Of a DNA stretch of 64,000 bases, positions 47,522-57,419 are shown one piece after another. Within the stretch, counting starts at the first letter, position 1; each line of letters begins with the position of its first letter. Where the stretch lies: positions 3,417-67,416 of the IMG/VR virus record IMGVR_UViG_3300036795_000039, one strand, 5' to 3'. The position numbers and the translations under genes were made by a program. This DNA comes from a virus. The notes beneath the pieces were generated by a model. It did not search any database, was not told the DNA's origin, and saw only the letters and a list, made by a program, of their open reading frames with translations.

Positions 47522-48030
47522 GTAACGATTGGCAAGCTGATATGAGTGAGTCATCGAGGTACTTCTGCGATCTTGTGTGGCCGGTTATCAGGGCAGCGGT
47601 CGGCGGCGGCGATATGGTGCCAGTCGAGTCTGTGCAATCGACCGAATTCACGCGCACACTCGACATCGTTGCAGGGATCGATGCCTGGATAGTGCAGGGG
47701 CATCATATCTTTGGAATCGCCTCGCGGATTCAATATGACACTTCATGGGAGACGTTTACCATCCGTATGTCTCGGCCAAATAATTCTGTTGTGGAGTACC
47801 AGAAACGCCGTGACCAAATCGCTACGCCTGGTTCACTTTTCCCACGGTGGACAGTTCAAGCGTACGTCGACCGCAGCGGGCCGAAGCTGTTAGCGGCGGG
47901 CGCTGTCCTCACTGAGCATGTTATTCAAGCTGTCACAGACCAGATCGGATACATGCAGATGACCTACAACGCGGAGTTCTGGGTTGTGCCTTGGGATAAG
48001 TTGGGCGACAAAGTATGGCGGACACCATGA
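47518..48030 (+). CDS. hypothetical protein coupled to the MTase, possible PD-(D/E)xK-like fold
   Basis: LD..AGIDAW...GIASRIQ...FTIR...EY.KR; ATGA overlap. Confidence 0.55.
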   Translation: MSNDWQADMSESSRYFCDLVWPVIRAAVGGGDMVPVESVQSTEFTRTLDIVAGIDAWIVQGHHIFGIASRIQYDTSWETFTIRMSRPNNSVVEYQKRRDQIATPGSLFPRWTVQAYVDRSGPKLLAAGAVLTEHVIQAVTDQIGYMQMTYNAEFWVVPWDKLGDKVWRTP

Positions 48031-48416
48031 ACTACCCGCGTTACAACAATCTGGATATCACGCCGACACAGGTGGCGCTCGAATTGCTGGGCCTGTCAAG
48101 GCAATTGGCCGAAGCCGTCGCGGACCTTGACGATATCGAGCAGGCAGTCGTGAACGCCGACGAGGCATATGTGCTAGCTGACGCCGAGGCACACATGCGC
48201 TGCCGTAGCGAGGACGACCTTCCGGCAGCGGATATGCGAAAGGCGTGGTGTGACAAGAGAACAACGGGAGAACGGTTGGCACGCGAGTCGGCTAGGGCTA
48301 TTGTGCGTGCCCGCAAGCTGCGGATAGATACTCTGAAGACGCGTGTCACAATCGGCCAAACAGTGTGCAACGCACTACAATCCGAGCTGGACCTACAGAG
48401 AGTGCGAAGTCGATGA
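48027..48416 (+). CDS. coiled-coil hypothetical protein
   Basis: ATGA overlap; helical composition. Confidence 0.65.
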   Translation: MNYPRYNNLDITPTQVALELLGLSRQLAEAVADLDDIEQAVVNADEAYVLADAEAHMRCRSEDDLPAADMRKAWCDKRTTGERLARESARAIVRARKLRIDTLKTRVTIGQTVCNALQSELDLQRVRSR

Positions 48417-48613
48417 AAGGGCAGCTATTGGTAGCCAGTGATCTCACGGGCTGGGGCCGGTGCCCGCGATGCGGACGCGTCCTGTACATAACGCGCGGGA
48501 AGGTGCCGAATCATCGCACACCGCCGCTCAAGCCACCGATCCGTAGAGGTGTGCGCGGCTCTACGCCGTTGACTGGCCGCGACCAGCCATGGTGTAGCGG
48601 GATGTCTAAATGA
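48413..48613 (+). CDS. small zinc-finger protein
   Basis: CPRCGR...H...C.G. Confidence 0.55.
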   Translation: MKGQLLVASDLTGWGRCPRCGRVLYITRGKVPNHRTPPLKPPIRRGVRGSTPLTGRDQPWCSGMSK

Positions 48614-48993
48614 CGATACGTCAGGCTCAGCGCGCCAAGCTGGGCGAGCGCGCGCAGCGCATGTGTGAGATATGCGGGCACCCAGGCAACAACGCGCATC
48701 ACCGTAAGCCGCTTAGCCAGGGTGGCACCGACGCCCTGTCAAACCTGTTGCTGCTGTGCGGGTCTGGCACGACGGGTTGTCACGGCTATGTGACGGCACC
48801 CGTCAGGAACAGTTGGCTGTGGCCGATCAAGCCGAAGAGCACCGGATGGGTGTGTTGGCGCAGCGACAATCCGGCCACTGTGCCAGTGAAGTATCGGGGC
48901 CATTGGGCGCGTTTGGATGACGCGGGCCATGTTCACTTACTGCTACCGAGAGAGGTTCGAAATGAGTTGGGTCACTTGTCAATTGGCGGCTAG
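48610..48993 (+). CDS. HNH endonuclease
   Basis: CEICG...HHRK..SQGG....NLLLLCGSGTTGCHG. Confidence 0.85.
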   Translation: MTIRQAQRAKLGERAQRMCEICGHPGNNAHHRKPLSQGGTDALSNLLLLCGSGTTGCHGYVTAPVRNSWLWPIKPKSTGWVCWRSDNPATVPVKYRGHWARLDDAGHVHLLLPREVRNELGHLSIGG

Positions 48994-49147
48994 TGGCGTG
49001 GAGCGTGCGGTTAACACTGACCTGGTGTTATGGGCGGACGACAAACGCGCGACGACGGTGTTGACTATGGTTGGGGGACAACAGTTCTCAATTCTTGGCG
49101 GGCTACAGGAGTGGTTGAACGAAGTTGAGTTAGCGGCGAAGCCATGA
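48962..49147 (+). CDS. small hypothetical protein
   Basis: GAGAGG RBS; operon continuity. Confidence 0.5.
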   Translation: MSWVTCQLAASGVERAVNTDLVLWADDKRATTVLTMVGGQQFSILGGLQEWLNEVELAAKP

Positions 49148-49338
49148 AGTACCCCAAAGAGATTGGGCCGCAGTCACAGACCGAAGCGCTGGCCGTCTTG
49201 TTCACACTACTGGGCAACGCGTACAACCTACTCGCCCAATACGAGGCCGACGAGCGTGGTGGTCGCGACGAGCGGATACGGAAGAACATTATGAACACGG
49301 ACAAGCCTTCGACGAAGGGAGAGTTCTATGATTCGTAA
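49144..49338 (+). CDS. small hypothetical protein
   Basis: ATGA overlap. Confidence 0.45.
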   Translation: MKYPKEIGPQSQTEALAVLFTLLGNAYNLLAQYEADERGGRDERIRKNIMNTDKPSTKGEFYDS

Positions 49339-49537
49339 CTTGCTTGTGCGCGTCCTGTACACCGTGGGCGAGACGTGTTTCCTTGTGGCAGACCAGCTTT
49401 CACCGGCCACTGACGAAGTGTGGCGCGACCGGCGCTGGAAGCAATACCTACGCCAACAGGCCCGCCTCGATAGCTATGCCACGTCGCATCATTGCGACCC
49501 AAACCAATGCGGTTGGCCGGGGCTATACCGTGGGTAG
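49328..49537 (+). CDS. small hypothetical protein
   Basis: AAGGGAG RBS. Confidence 0.45.
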   Translation: MIRNLLVRVLYTVGETCFLVADQLSPATDEVWRDRRWKQYLRQQARLDSYATSHHCDPNQCGWPGLYRG

Positions 49538-49841
49538 AGCCAAATATCCGAACAACTGGCCACGCATCGAGCGAAACATCAAGCTACGGGCCGACTTTCG
49601 TTGCGAATGCGGCACCGGATACGACTGCGGCTCAAACACACACCTAAGCCGATGCCCGAGCATTGATGGCCAGCGGTATGCACACAACAAACGCCTGATC
49701 AAATTGCGTGTGGTGCAGATTCGGCGCGGCGAAGATTGGCGACCGCATAATCTTGTGGCACTGTGCCTTCCATGCTACGTGCTGTGGGCCAAAGAGGAAG
49801 AGGCTGAGATTCAACGCGAGCTGGGACCGGCGCTGTGGTAG
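49530..49841 (+). CDS. degenerate HNH-like protein
   Basis: YP.NW..I...I..RA..RCEC..C...NL.ALC..C; catalytic His apparently missing. Confidence 0.6.
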   Translation: MGRAKYPNNWPRIERNIKLRADFRCECGTGYDCGSNTHLSRCPSIDGQRYAHNKRLIKLRVVQIRRGEDWRPHNLVALCLPCYVLWAKEEEAEIQRELGPALW

Positions 49842-50146
49842 TCGACCTCGCGCTGCCGCGTGGCGTAGTTCTGGTGTTAGGCAACGGAACTCGTGTACCT
49901 GTCGACCTTAAGCACATCGCCAATCATCCAAGCTATGGCCGAATCTTCAAGGTGCTTATCGAGGCGGACATGGTAAAGCTGATGCCGATGATCCACGCTG
50001 TCGACGCCGACCGATGGCCACCTGGTTGCACGCTACAATTCCCAAGATTGGACGGCACACTATCTGACGAGTGGTTACAGCGTGTGCTGAATAATTCGCG
50101 AATCCTGCGGCGCGGTAGGACATCTGGGATCGAGTACACCAAGTGA
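49835..50146 (+). CDS. hypothetical protein
   Basis: Operon continuity. Confidence 0.5.
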   Translation: MVVDLALPRGVVLVLGNGTRVPVDLKHIANHPSYGRIFKVLIEADMVKLMPMIHAVDADRWPPGCTLQFPRLDGTLSDEWLQRVLNNSRILRRGRTSGIEYTK

Positions 50147-50449
50147 TCTCTTCCCAGTTACCCGGCGGTGGATCGGCGGCTGGCAGAGTAGGCCCGAAGC
50201 ATCAGACCAAACTCGCGCTACCCGTATGGTTTTCACGGGGAGGCGTCGTCGGCGTGCTTTCGCACCAGGGCGGGGAACTCGTGCAGGCACCGTCTAGCTG
50301 GTGCCCAGGTCTGCCTTTACCACCGGCCTGCACGATCTGGGATCGACTTGACACACACCATCTAAAGGCTGTTGCTCACGCTTGCGAGGCGCGGACTGGA
50401 TTTGATAGGCTGTCCAGTAACAGCTTTGGCCTGGGGTGGTTAAGTTGTT

Positions 50450-50484
50450 ACGGACGGTCTTCTTCGGGGGGCCGTCCGTTTTTT
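50450..50484 (+). terminator. intrinsic terminator
   Basis: ACGGACGGTCTTC-TTCG-GGGGGCCGTCCGT-TTTTT. Confidence 0.88.
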
Positions 50485-50535
50485 GTTGGAAGTTACCACC
50501 GTAGCACACACGAAAACGGCTGTGCAACAATGGGT

Positions 50536-50564
50536 TTGCATAGGGTGAAAAGTAGGTGTACTTT
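50536..50564 (+). promoter_or_regulatory. putative SigA-type promoter
   Basis: TTGCAT-17-TACTTT just after the terminator. Confidence 0.55.
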
Positions 50565-50602
50565 GGACGTTGTCAATTGCGCTGGTAGAGAGGACCATTC
50601 AG

Positions 50603-50872
50603 TTGAAGTGCTTAACCATTACGGTCGATGACCGCGAACTATTTAGCGGCGAGGTCGCCGAGCTACAGTGGACCGAAACTGCGGACTCTGTAGGTGTCAC
50701 AGCACGTTTCACTCCGGCCCCGTCGATTATGGATTCTCTCAAGCAGTTTGGTGCGGCAGCGCAGCAGAAGAAACAACAGGCCGAGCCACCGCCGCCACTG
50801 TCCCAAACGGGACAGTCACCAGCGGAGCCGCCACACTTGGTACCGCCTCTCGACACAGTGGACGGCGAATAG
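50603..50872 (+). CDS. hypothetical protein; contains palindrome copy 7 (50797-50816)
   Basis: AGAGAGGA RBS before TTG. Confidence 0.6.
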   Translation: MKCLTITVDDRELFSGEVAELQWTETADSVGVTARFTPAPSIMDSLKQFGAAAQQKKQQAEPPPPLSQTGQSPAEPPHLVPPLDTVDGE

Positions 50873-51160
50873 GTGACTGGCGATTTCCGCACCCATCAGT
50901 GTTACCGATGCGGTAACTTCTGGTGCTCTAACAGTGGCCCAAAGTGCTTTGTTACCAACACCTTTTGCCCAACATGCATACCGTCTGTGACACACAGGCT
51001 AGCCGACGACCGCGCCACCATGGCCCCACCGATGTATGTAGAGCAGCGTCGGCGACCAATGGTGAGCGCCGCCAACGAGGCCAGGGGAATCCGTTCTGCG
51101 CGCGCACATTTCGTCAGCGAAGAACGGCTTTCGATTCGGCTGAAGCGGAGGGCATCGTGA
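50873..51160 (+). CDS. Cys-rich hypothetical protein
   Basis: CxxC x2; GTGA overlap downstream. Confidence 0.45.
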   Translation: MTGDFRTHQCYRCGNFWCSNSGPKCFVTNTFCPTCIPSVTHRLADDRATMAPPMYVEQRRRPMVSAANEARGIRSARAHFVSEERLSIRLKRRAS

Positions 51161-51576
51161 ACATCGCAACCAACATCAAGGTCGGCGAGTATGAGATGAA
51201 CACGCCGGGGCTCATAGCGTGCGACCACTGTGGGATAGTCGCTGTGGACACACCGGCTTTCGGCTGGAAGCGGTGGCAGGAGAACGGCGAGCTACTGCAC
51301 CACTGCCCGGCGGCGGTGCAGTACAACGAATGGGTGGCGGGCGGTCTGGTTCACATGAAGGCACCGGACGAGGCTGTGCAGTACCAGTATTGGCCGTTGC
51401 CAAATGTGTTCTACCTGGTGAACGCTGAAATGGGCTTCGAGGCAGGGCCTTTCGTCGGCCACGGTGAGGCCATGAATGCGTTGGATCTGATTAACGGCGA
51501 TCTCCGTTCCGGCACAGCGGTATTGAGTGACGGCGAATATCACGCAAGCAAGATATGGCACGTCAATGGTCGCTAA
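51157..51576 (+). CDS. hypothetical protein
   Basis: GGAGG RBS; CDHCG..HHCP. Confidence 0.6.
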   Translation: MNIATNIKVGEYEMNTPGLIACDHCGIVAVDTPAFGWKRWQENGELLHHCPAAVQYNEWVAGGLVHMKAPDEAVQYQYWPLPNVFYLVNAEMGFEAGPFVGHGEAMNALDLINGDLRSGTAVLSDGEYHASKIWHVNGR

Positions 51577-51651
51577 CGTACTGATCTGTCTTGGCGTCAT
51601 CGCGGGATTGAAGATCGCGAAATACGTGTGGTCAATCATCTGGGAATGGGC

Positions 51652-51972
51652 ATGACTGAGTCGCCGCCGGATCTTGATTACGAGCCGACGCCGGACCCGT
51701 CCGAGCCAGAGCCAGGGTTCACTGAGCACGGCTACCGTGTGCTGGATGGTTTCCCGACGTCGGGTATCGACCGCGACCGCCCTTACCAGGATCTTGGTGG
51801 ATTAGTAAGGCCGGACGCGTATTTCGGTGCCCGCGAATTCGACTGTCCCACATGCAAAGCCGAAGTTGGCGACAAGTGCCAGGTGTGGGTGGGTCGTCTG
51901 AGCCGTACCGTGCCGCGAAAGATGCCGTGTATAGCCAGGATTCGTAAAGCCAAAGACGCGGGCCTGATATGA
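51652..51972 (+). CDS. zinc-finger protein
   Basis: CPTCKA..G..C......PC.AR. Confidence 0.65.
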   Translation: MTESPPDLDYEPTPDPSEPEPGFTEHGYRVLDGFPTSGIDRDRPYQDLGGLVRPDAYFGAREFDCPTCKAEVGDKCQVWVGRLSRTVPRKMPCIARIRKAKDAGLI

Positions 51973-52242
51973 AACCATTCACCGAACTCAGTTTAGAGAA
52001 GTGGCGGGTTACCCGAATGCTTGTGCCGAGGGCTGTGGCGGCGCGTGGTGTGCCTGACTGGCACCGACCATCCGCCACCGTAAGCGTGGCCGTGTGGGCT
52101 GTTTGGCCCCCGCATTGGGGGTTGGAAGGTAGTCCGCTGCTGATATTTCCGATGTGGCGCATGGCGTTTCGTGCTGCGTTCGACCGTGCCCAGTTCTCTG
52201 TATCGCCAACACCGCCCGATGCAACCCTGGAAGAGAGATTCT

Positions 52243-52644
52243 ATGGCAAAGCATGAGAATCCGCAGCAGCCGCCCCAAATCTATTACCCGCCAGGGCATC
52301 CCAAGCACACTGACGGCAAGCAACCAGACGCAGCCGCCACCGTAGCCGAAGAAGATCTCGGCGACGTCATCCGCGCCATCGAAGGCTTGGCCGCTGAGCT
52401 GTCCGAAGAATTCTTCACGGTGCCAGACATAGCCGAGGATAGCGGGCGTGTCGACGCTGAAAAGTTCGACGCTGCAACACGTTTGGCGTTTGTCTCATGC
52501 GGTAACGCACTGGACTACGCCATTCGGTTGGTGCGCGAGAAGGGTCGGGCTCTGCGAATCAAGAAGCTACGAAAGGAGTTATCCGAAGAGATGCGAGCCG
52601 CCGGATTAACAGGTGATCCAACAGACGGCGAGCCTACTATCTGA
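52243..52644 (+). CDS. hypothetical protein
   Basis: ORF with phage-like codon usage. Confidence 0.6.
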   Translation: MAKHENPQQPPQIYYPPGHPKHTDGKQPDAAATVAEEDLGDVIRAIEGLAAELSEEFFTVPDIAEDSGRVDAEKFDAATRLAFVSCGNALDYAIRLVREKGRALRIKKLRKELSEEMRAAGLTGDPTDGEPTI

Positions 52645-52777
52645 GAAAGGGCCGATGGATTAGGATGACATGATGTGCCGAAAGCGTCTGCCACCAGCGG
52701 ACCACTCACGAATGCACTACGCACTCAAGCGTTTACATCGATTAGTAGTTATCAACACCACGAAAGGTAGTATCGAA

Positions 52778-52993
52778 ATGTCAAATCCGACACCGGATAT
52801 GCGCTCGATTGACCAGAACGACATCAACGCGTGGGCGGAGAATGTGAACGCCGCCGTCACCGCGTTGCAGACCATTATTGCCAACGGCAATCTCACAGCA
52901 GCCGACGAGTCGCTGATGAACACCGCTATTGGCACTCTCGACGGGGTGGCCGGTACCGTGACGCCGCCTGTTACGCCGCCTGCCGGTCAGTAA
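52778..52993 (+). CDS. small hypothetical protein
   Basis: GAAAGG RBS. Confidence 0.65.
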   Translation: MSNPTPDMRSIDQNDINAWAENVNAAVTALQTIIANGNLTAADESLMNTAIGTLDGVAGTVTPPVTPPAGQ

Positions 52994-52996
52994 TCA

Positions 52997-55138
52997 GTGA
53001 GCACGCCAATTGGGCTGCCGCAGTTCACTGTCCAGCAGTACATGGAAGAAGGCCAGACACCGGGCAGTAATGTGTCCGGTGATCCGGTCACTGTCGCGCC
53101 GCTGAATATCTTGGTGACGTTCACACCAAGCCAGGCCGAGATCCAGGTTACTGAGGCCACACCCATTCCGTTCACGGTGTACCTCGATCCCGTTGTGGCG
53201 CGGGTGGATACGGACGGCTACCTCAAGGGGATCAACAGCGAGCCCGTGTATTACGACGACGCTGGCACGATTTATCAAGTGCCACAACTGAGTTCAGCGG
53301 GCCTGCCGGTCACTCCGGTGTACGCCGGGGCCGACACGCCAGCGTACTGGATTGACGCCGACGGCAACGAGGTTCCCAACCCGCCAGGTCTCGCGGTGTG
53401 GGGTGTGCGGCTGGTGTCGAACAGTTCCCTTCTCGCACTTGCCAATCCGCTCATGTACCGGGTGAACTACTCGCGCGGCGATGTGGTGATACACAGCTTC
53501 ACGTTCGCCGCACCATCGACAGATGTCACCGTCGACCTCAGCACCGTCGAACGGCTAGGACCAGCCCCGGCATCGGTCACGTCGATAGCCGACATCACAC
53601 CACTTGGCATCGAGATTGTTACCGCACCCGACGTGGAGTCTGTCGCCAACCTGCTGGGCTACAACCCACCCAAGCAAGTATCAATCGGTGACCAGGGACA
53701 TGGAATAGCAGCGCAGGGCAACGCCACCTCAACCGTGGGTACGGGCGAAATGATGTTCGTGGTGGGTCCGAAATCCTCTGGCATCTCCGCGTTGTTCGAA
53801 CACTGGTACACCGACGCCGGATCAGGGGCCGACACCGACCCGGCTGGGCCAATCAGCTTCAATGCGTCTGTGCGGGTTGTCAGTTCGAGCAACCCAGGCA
53901 CCCTGATAAACACGATTCACCGGATAACGTTCAACGGGCGCACCACCGCGACACTGGACCCCGGCGGCAAGGTTATCTCCGATCCGTTGGGTATCACTGT
54001 CGCTCAAGGCGATGAGGTCGCCGTCCGTACGTTCTTGGCGTCGGGCACCGCGTACGCGCCTAGGGAGACATGGGGAACCAGCGGCGGGCCTGGCGGGTTC
54101 ACTGCCACAACGGATTTGACGGCACCGGGCAGCGCCGCTATCCCGGTATCCGGTGGGATCTATTACGGGCCAGCCGCATTAATGGGATTCCCCGAAGGTG
54201 CAGCAGATGCCTTGTCCTGCTTAATTATTGGCGACTCGATATCGTCCAGCGGTGCCGACACAGCCGTCTTCACGATTCCCCACCTTGGGGAAGGCGGGTT
54301 CGGGATACGGGCACTCACCGGCCAGGGCGGGCTTCTCAACGTGGCGGTGCCCGGTGATTCCGCGACCGGCTTCCAGAGCAGCGACTTTGACTTCCACCGG
54401 CTAGCCAACGCCGCGTACTGCAATGTCGCGCTAATCGGCTACGGCTCAAACGATTTCATTGAAGGCACCACCGCAGCCCAGCTTGAGGCCATCCACCTGA
54501 ATGAGGCAAACGAGTTGCGGCGGCTGGGCATTCGTAGAGTTTTCATCCTCACCGTCTGTCCTCGCGTGACTACCACAGATGGCTGTGGAACCCTAACAGG
54601 TCAAACACCCATGTCAGGCGAAGCGCAACGCGTGCTATACAACACCTGGGCCAGGGGCCGGTGCCCCATTGACCCAAGCACCAAAGCGCCTGTGGCAGTT
54701 GGCACTTCGGGCGCACTGTTGGCGGGCGACTTCGGGCATCCCCTCACCGGGTTCTTCGACGTGGCATCCAAAGTCGAGTCGGGCCTGAATTCCGGTAAAT
54801 GGTTACCAGCCCTGCGAACCGCGCATGGCTCAATCACTTCCGGCGACAATGCCGTCACGTCCTCAGACGCCAACTTTTCTGGGGCTATTCAAGAGAATGG
54901 CGGCGACCTTGGGTCTGGCATGGTACTCATGGGCGGTGGGGCGAGCGGAGCGCCACTGTCGGGGCCAGCGGTGCTTGTCACACCACCCACGACGGCGTAC
55001 CTACTTCTGTTGGCCAGCACCACAGTAACCAACGCGACCCTTTACATTGGCACAGTGACAGCGGAGGGCGTCCACCCGAACGGCAGGGGCGTTGTCCTGA
55101 TGGCTTCGGCAATCGACCTGGCCAAATTGGCAGGCTAG
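52997..55138 (+). CDS. SGNH/GDSL hydrolase with tail-protein-like N-terminus
   Basis: IIGDSI (block I), N.AVPG, YGSND (block III), EGVHPN (block V). Confidence 0.8.
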   Translation: MSTPIGLPQFTVQQYMEEGQTPGSNVSGDPVTVAPLNILVTFTPSQAEIQVTEATPIPFTVYLDPVVARVDTDGYLKGINSEPVYYDDAGTIYQVPQLSSAGLPVTPVYAGADTPAYWIDADGNEVPNPPGLAVWGVRLVSNSSLLALANPLMYRVNYSRGDVVIHSFTFAAPSTDVTVDLSTVERLGPAPASVTSIADITPLGIEIVTAPDVESVANLLGYNPPKQVSIGDQGHGIAAQGNATSTVGTGEMMFVVGPKSSGISALFEHWYTDAGSGADTDPAGPISFNASVRVVSSSNPGTLINTIHRITFNGRTTATLDPGGKVISDPLGITVAQGDEVAVRTFLASGTAYAPRETWGTSGGPGGFTATTDLTAPGSAAIPVSGGIYYGPAALMGFPEGAADALSCLIIGDSISSSGADTAVFTIPHLGEGGFGIRALTGQGGLLNVAVPGDSATGFQSSDFDFHRLANAAYCNVALIGYGSNDFIEGTTAAQLEAIHLNEANELRRLGIRRVFILTVCPRVTTTDGCGTLTGQTPMSGEAQRVLYNTWARGRCPIDPSTKAPVAVGTSGALLAGDFGHPLTGFFDVASKVESGLNSGKWLPALRTAHGSITSGDNAVTSSDANFSGAIQENGGDLGSGMVLMGGGASGAPLSGPAVLVTPPTTAYLLLLASTTVTNATLYIGTVTAEGVHPNGRGVVLMASAIDLAKLAG

Positions 55139-55143
55139 ACAAC

Positions 55144-55725
55144 ATGATTGACTTGACTGTTGCCATGTGTAGCATCGACACACGCTACCGTACGTTCGCG
55201 CTGCGAATGCAGGACATGCTGTGGGGCCAGCACCAACGCCTGCCGCTGGCCGACCGCCAGCGGGTAGAGATCCTGATCCTGTCCGACAACAAGGTGATGA
55301 CCATTGGGACCAAACGTAATTGGCTGGTGCAGATGGCGCAGGGCCGCTACGTGCAGTTCGTAGACGACGACGACAGACTGGCCGACGACGCATTAAAACG
55401 GGTGCTGGCCTGCACCGCATACGACTGTGACGTGATTTGCTTCCCGGCCATGGTGTCACTAGGCGGCGGGCCTGCGCGAATATGCCATTACAGCAAGAAC
55501 TTTGGACACGACCACAACACGGCGACCTGCTATCAACGGCTGCCCAACCATATCTGCGCCACCAAGCGCGAGATCATGCTTGACACCCCGTTCCTGAATA
55601 TCTGTATGGGAGAAGATGCCGACTATGCGCGGCGGCTAGCACCCAAACTGAAGACCGAATGCACGCTCGAAAAGCCTTTGTACTTCTACGATTACGATCC
55701 GAGGACCAGTGAATGTAGACGTTGA
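55144..55725 (+). CDS. GT2-family glycosyltransferase
   Basis: G.KRN.LV..AQGRYVQFVDDDD, GEDADYA. Confidence 0.88.
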   Translation: MIDLTVAMCSIDTRYRTFALRMQDMLWGQHQRLPLADRQRVEILILSDNKVMTIGTKRNWLVQMAQGRYVQFVDDDDRLADDALKRVLACTAYDCDVICFPAMVSLGGGPARICHYSKNFGHDHNTATCYQRLPNHICATKREIMLDTPFLNICMGEDADYARRLAPKLKTECTLEKPLYFYDYDPRTSECRR

Positions 55726-56419
55726 CTTGGTGATAATGTCCAAGGCCACCAATAACTCGCTGGCGACCATGACGCAGCGCGCCGTCAACACCGCCAAGTA
55801 TGCAGCGCTACCCCGTGTCGTCAATGTGATTGTGATGGAACAGGCCAACGCCGAATACAGCAATGCCACAACGGTTTTGAGCCCAGGCGTATTCAACTAC
55901 AATGCGTTCGCCAACCATGGCGCGAAACTTGGGCAGGCACCGTACATCGTTATCGCTAATAACGATCTGGAGTTTCGCGACGGCTGGCTGGACCGGATGC
56001 TCGCGGCGAACTGGCCAGTGACGTCGCCGGTAAGCCCCGGCTATCACCGGCACCACAACGTGATGGGCAACGAGATCGGCCAACAGGTAGGAAGGCACTT
56101 GGCCGGTTGGTGTTACATGCTCACCCGTGAGCTGTGGTCTGAGCTGGGCGGGCTCGATGATACATATCCGTTTTGGTGTGCCGATAACGCCGTGATGAAA
56201 CAGTTGCAGGACAAGGGGATTCACCCAATGCTGGTGGCGGGCGCGACGGTGCATCACAAGGTGTCGGCCACGCTGATGCGCGAATCCCGTGACGTACAGG
56301 ACGAATTGACGTGGGGGCTGGTGCATCAATACAACCTCGACACCAATGCCAACATCTTCGCCAGAGACTATCGTTATGATGCGTGGAAGCGCCGCAACAG
56401 AATTCAGGAAACACCATGA
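55709..56419 (+). CDS. GT2-family glycosyltransferase
   Basis: FNYN...N.GA, IANNDL, GW, GGLD..Y.FWCADN, VHH. Confidence 0.85.
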   Translation: MNVDVDLVIMSKATNNSLATMTQRAVNTAKYAALPRVVNVIVMEQANAEYSNATTVLSPGVFNYNAFANHGAKLGQAPYIVIANNDLEFRDGWLDRMLAANWPVTSPVSPGYHRHHNVMGNEIGQQVGRHLAGWCYMLTRELWSELGGLDDTYPFWCADNAVMKQLQDKGIHPMLVAGATVHHKVSATLMRESRDVQDELTWGLVHQYNLDTNANIFARDYRYDAWKRRNRIQETP

Positions 56420-57060
56420 GCGACATAGTGATTGGGGTGGTAGCCGACACGCGCCGTGATCAGCAGGCGTGGGCGCTGTATGACACGGTCGACGCCAAGG
56501 TGATTAGCTTCGACTCCGGCACCATAGGCGCAACCAAGAACCACATCAGGGTATGGACGAAACTTCTTCAGCACGGCGGCAATTGGGCTGTGGTACTTGA
56601 GGATGACGCGGTGCCGGTGGACGGGTTCACCGATCAGTTAGTCGGCGCGCTCGCTGACCCACCAGCCAACATTGTCGGCCTGTATCTGGGCAAGGGCTAT
56701 CCGAAAGCGTGGCAGCGTTTCGTCAAGAAGGCCACTTCAAGTGAGACGGCGAATTATGTTATGTCGAGCCATCTTCTGCACGGCGTGGGAACGGCGATCC
56801 GCATGCACCTTGTCGAGGACATGCTGCGCTGCATCAAGCGCATCACGCCAGTCGATTGGCCGATGGATGAGCAGATCACACGGTGGGCGCGGCTACGTGG
56901 CGAACGGGTGTGCTACACGCTGCCGAGCCTTGTCGATCATGCTGATGGCCCAACGCTTTTGGTTCATCCCGACAGTGAGGGTCGCGCCGCTCCGCGCGTG
57001 GCCTACCGCACCGGCAGGCGTCCCGTGTGGGATAAGACGAAAGTTGTTGGTATGCCATGA
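56416..57060 (+). CDS. GT25-like glycosyltransferase
   Basis: G...NH..VW, VVLEDDA.PV, LYLG, PSLVDHAD.P. Confidence 0.85.
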   Translation: MSDIVIGVVADTRRDQQAWALYDTVDAKVISFDSGTIGATKNHIRVWTKLLQHGGNWAVVLEDDAVPVDGFTDQLVGALADPPANIVGLYLGKGYPKAWQRFVKKATSSETANYVMSSHLLHGVGTAIRMHLVEDMLRCIKRITPVDWPMDEQITRWARLRGERVCYTLPSLVDHADGPTLLVHPDSEGRAAPRVAYRTGRRPVWDKTKVVGMP

Positions 57061-57167
57061 CACCCGCACAGATCGCACTCATCGTATTCATTAGCCTCGT
57101 ACTGGTTGGTTTTACGCGACACGGCTGGTTGACAGGGCTCTAACAAAACAAGAAAGGAAATACCGAA

Positions 57168-57419
57168 ATGGCAAGTAACAGAACAGCATCGGGCTCACCT
57201 ACTGCGGCGGCGCGCAAGTCGTCCGGCGGCGGCAAGGGCATGAAGCCGGGCAGCTTCCCCGTCGAAGACAAAGGCATGGCCGATAGTGCCATTAACCTGC
57301 GTGGGCACGCGCCAAGCCCAGACGCGGTGCTAGACAAGGTATCTCGATACGCTTCCAAGACCGGCGACGAGGGCTTGAAGAACCGCGTTGCAGCCGCACG
57401 CAAGAAGGACCGGAGTTGA
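57168..57419 (+). CDS. small basic protein
   Basis: AGAAAGGA RBS; GSFPV.D...A..AI.LRG motif. Confidence 0.7.
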   Translation: MASNRTASGSPTAAARKSSGGGKGMKPGSFPVEDKGMADSAINLRGHAPSPDAVLDKVSRYASKTGDEGLKNRVAAARKKDRS

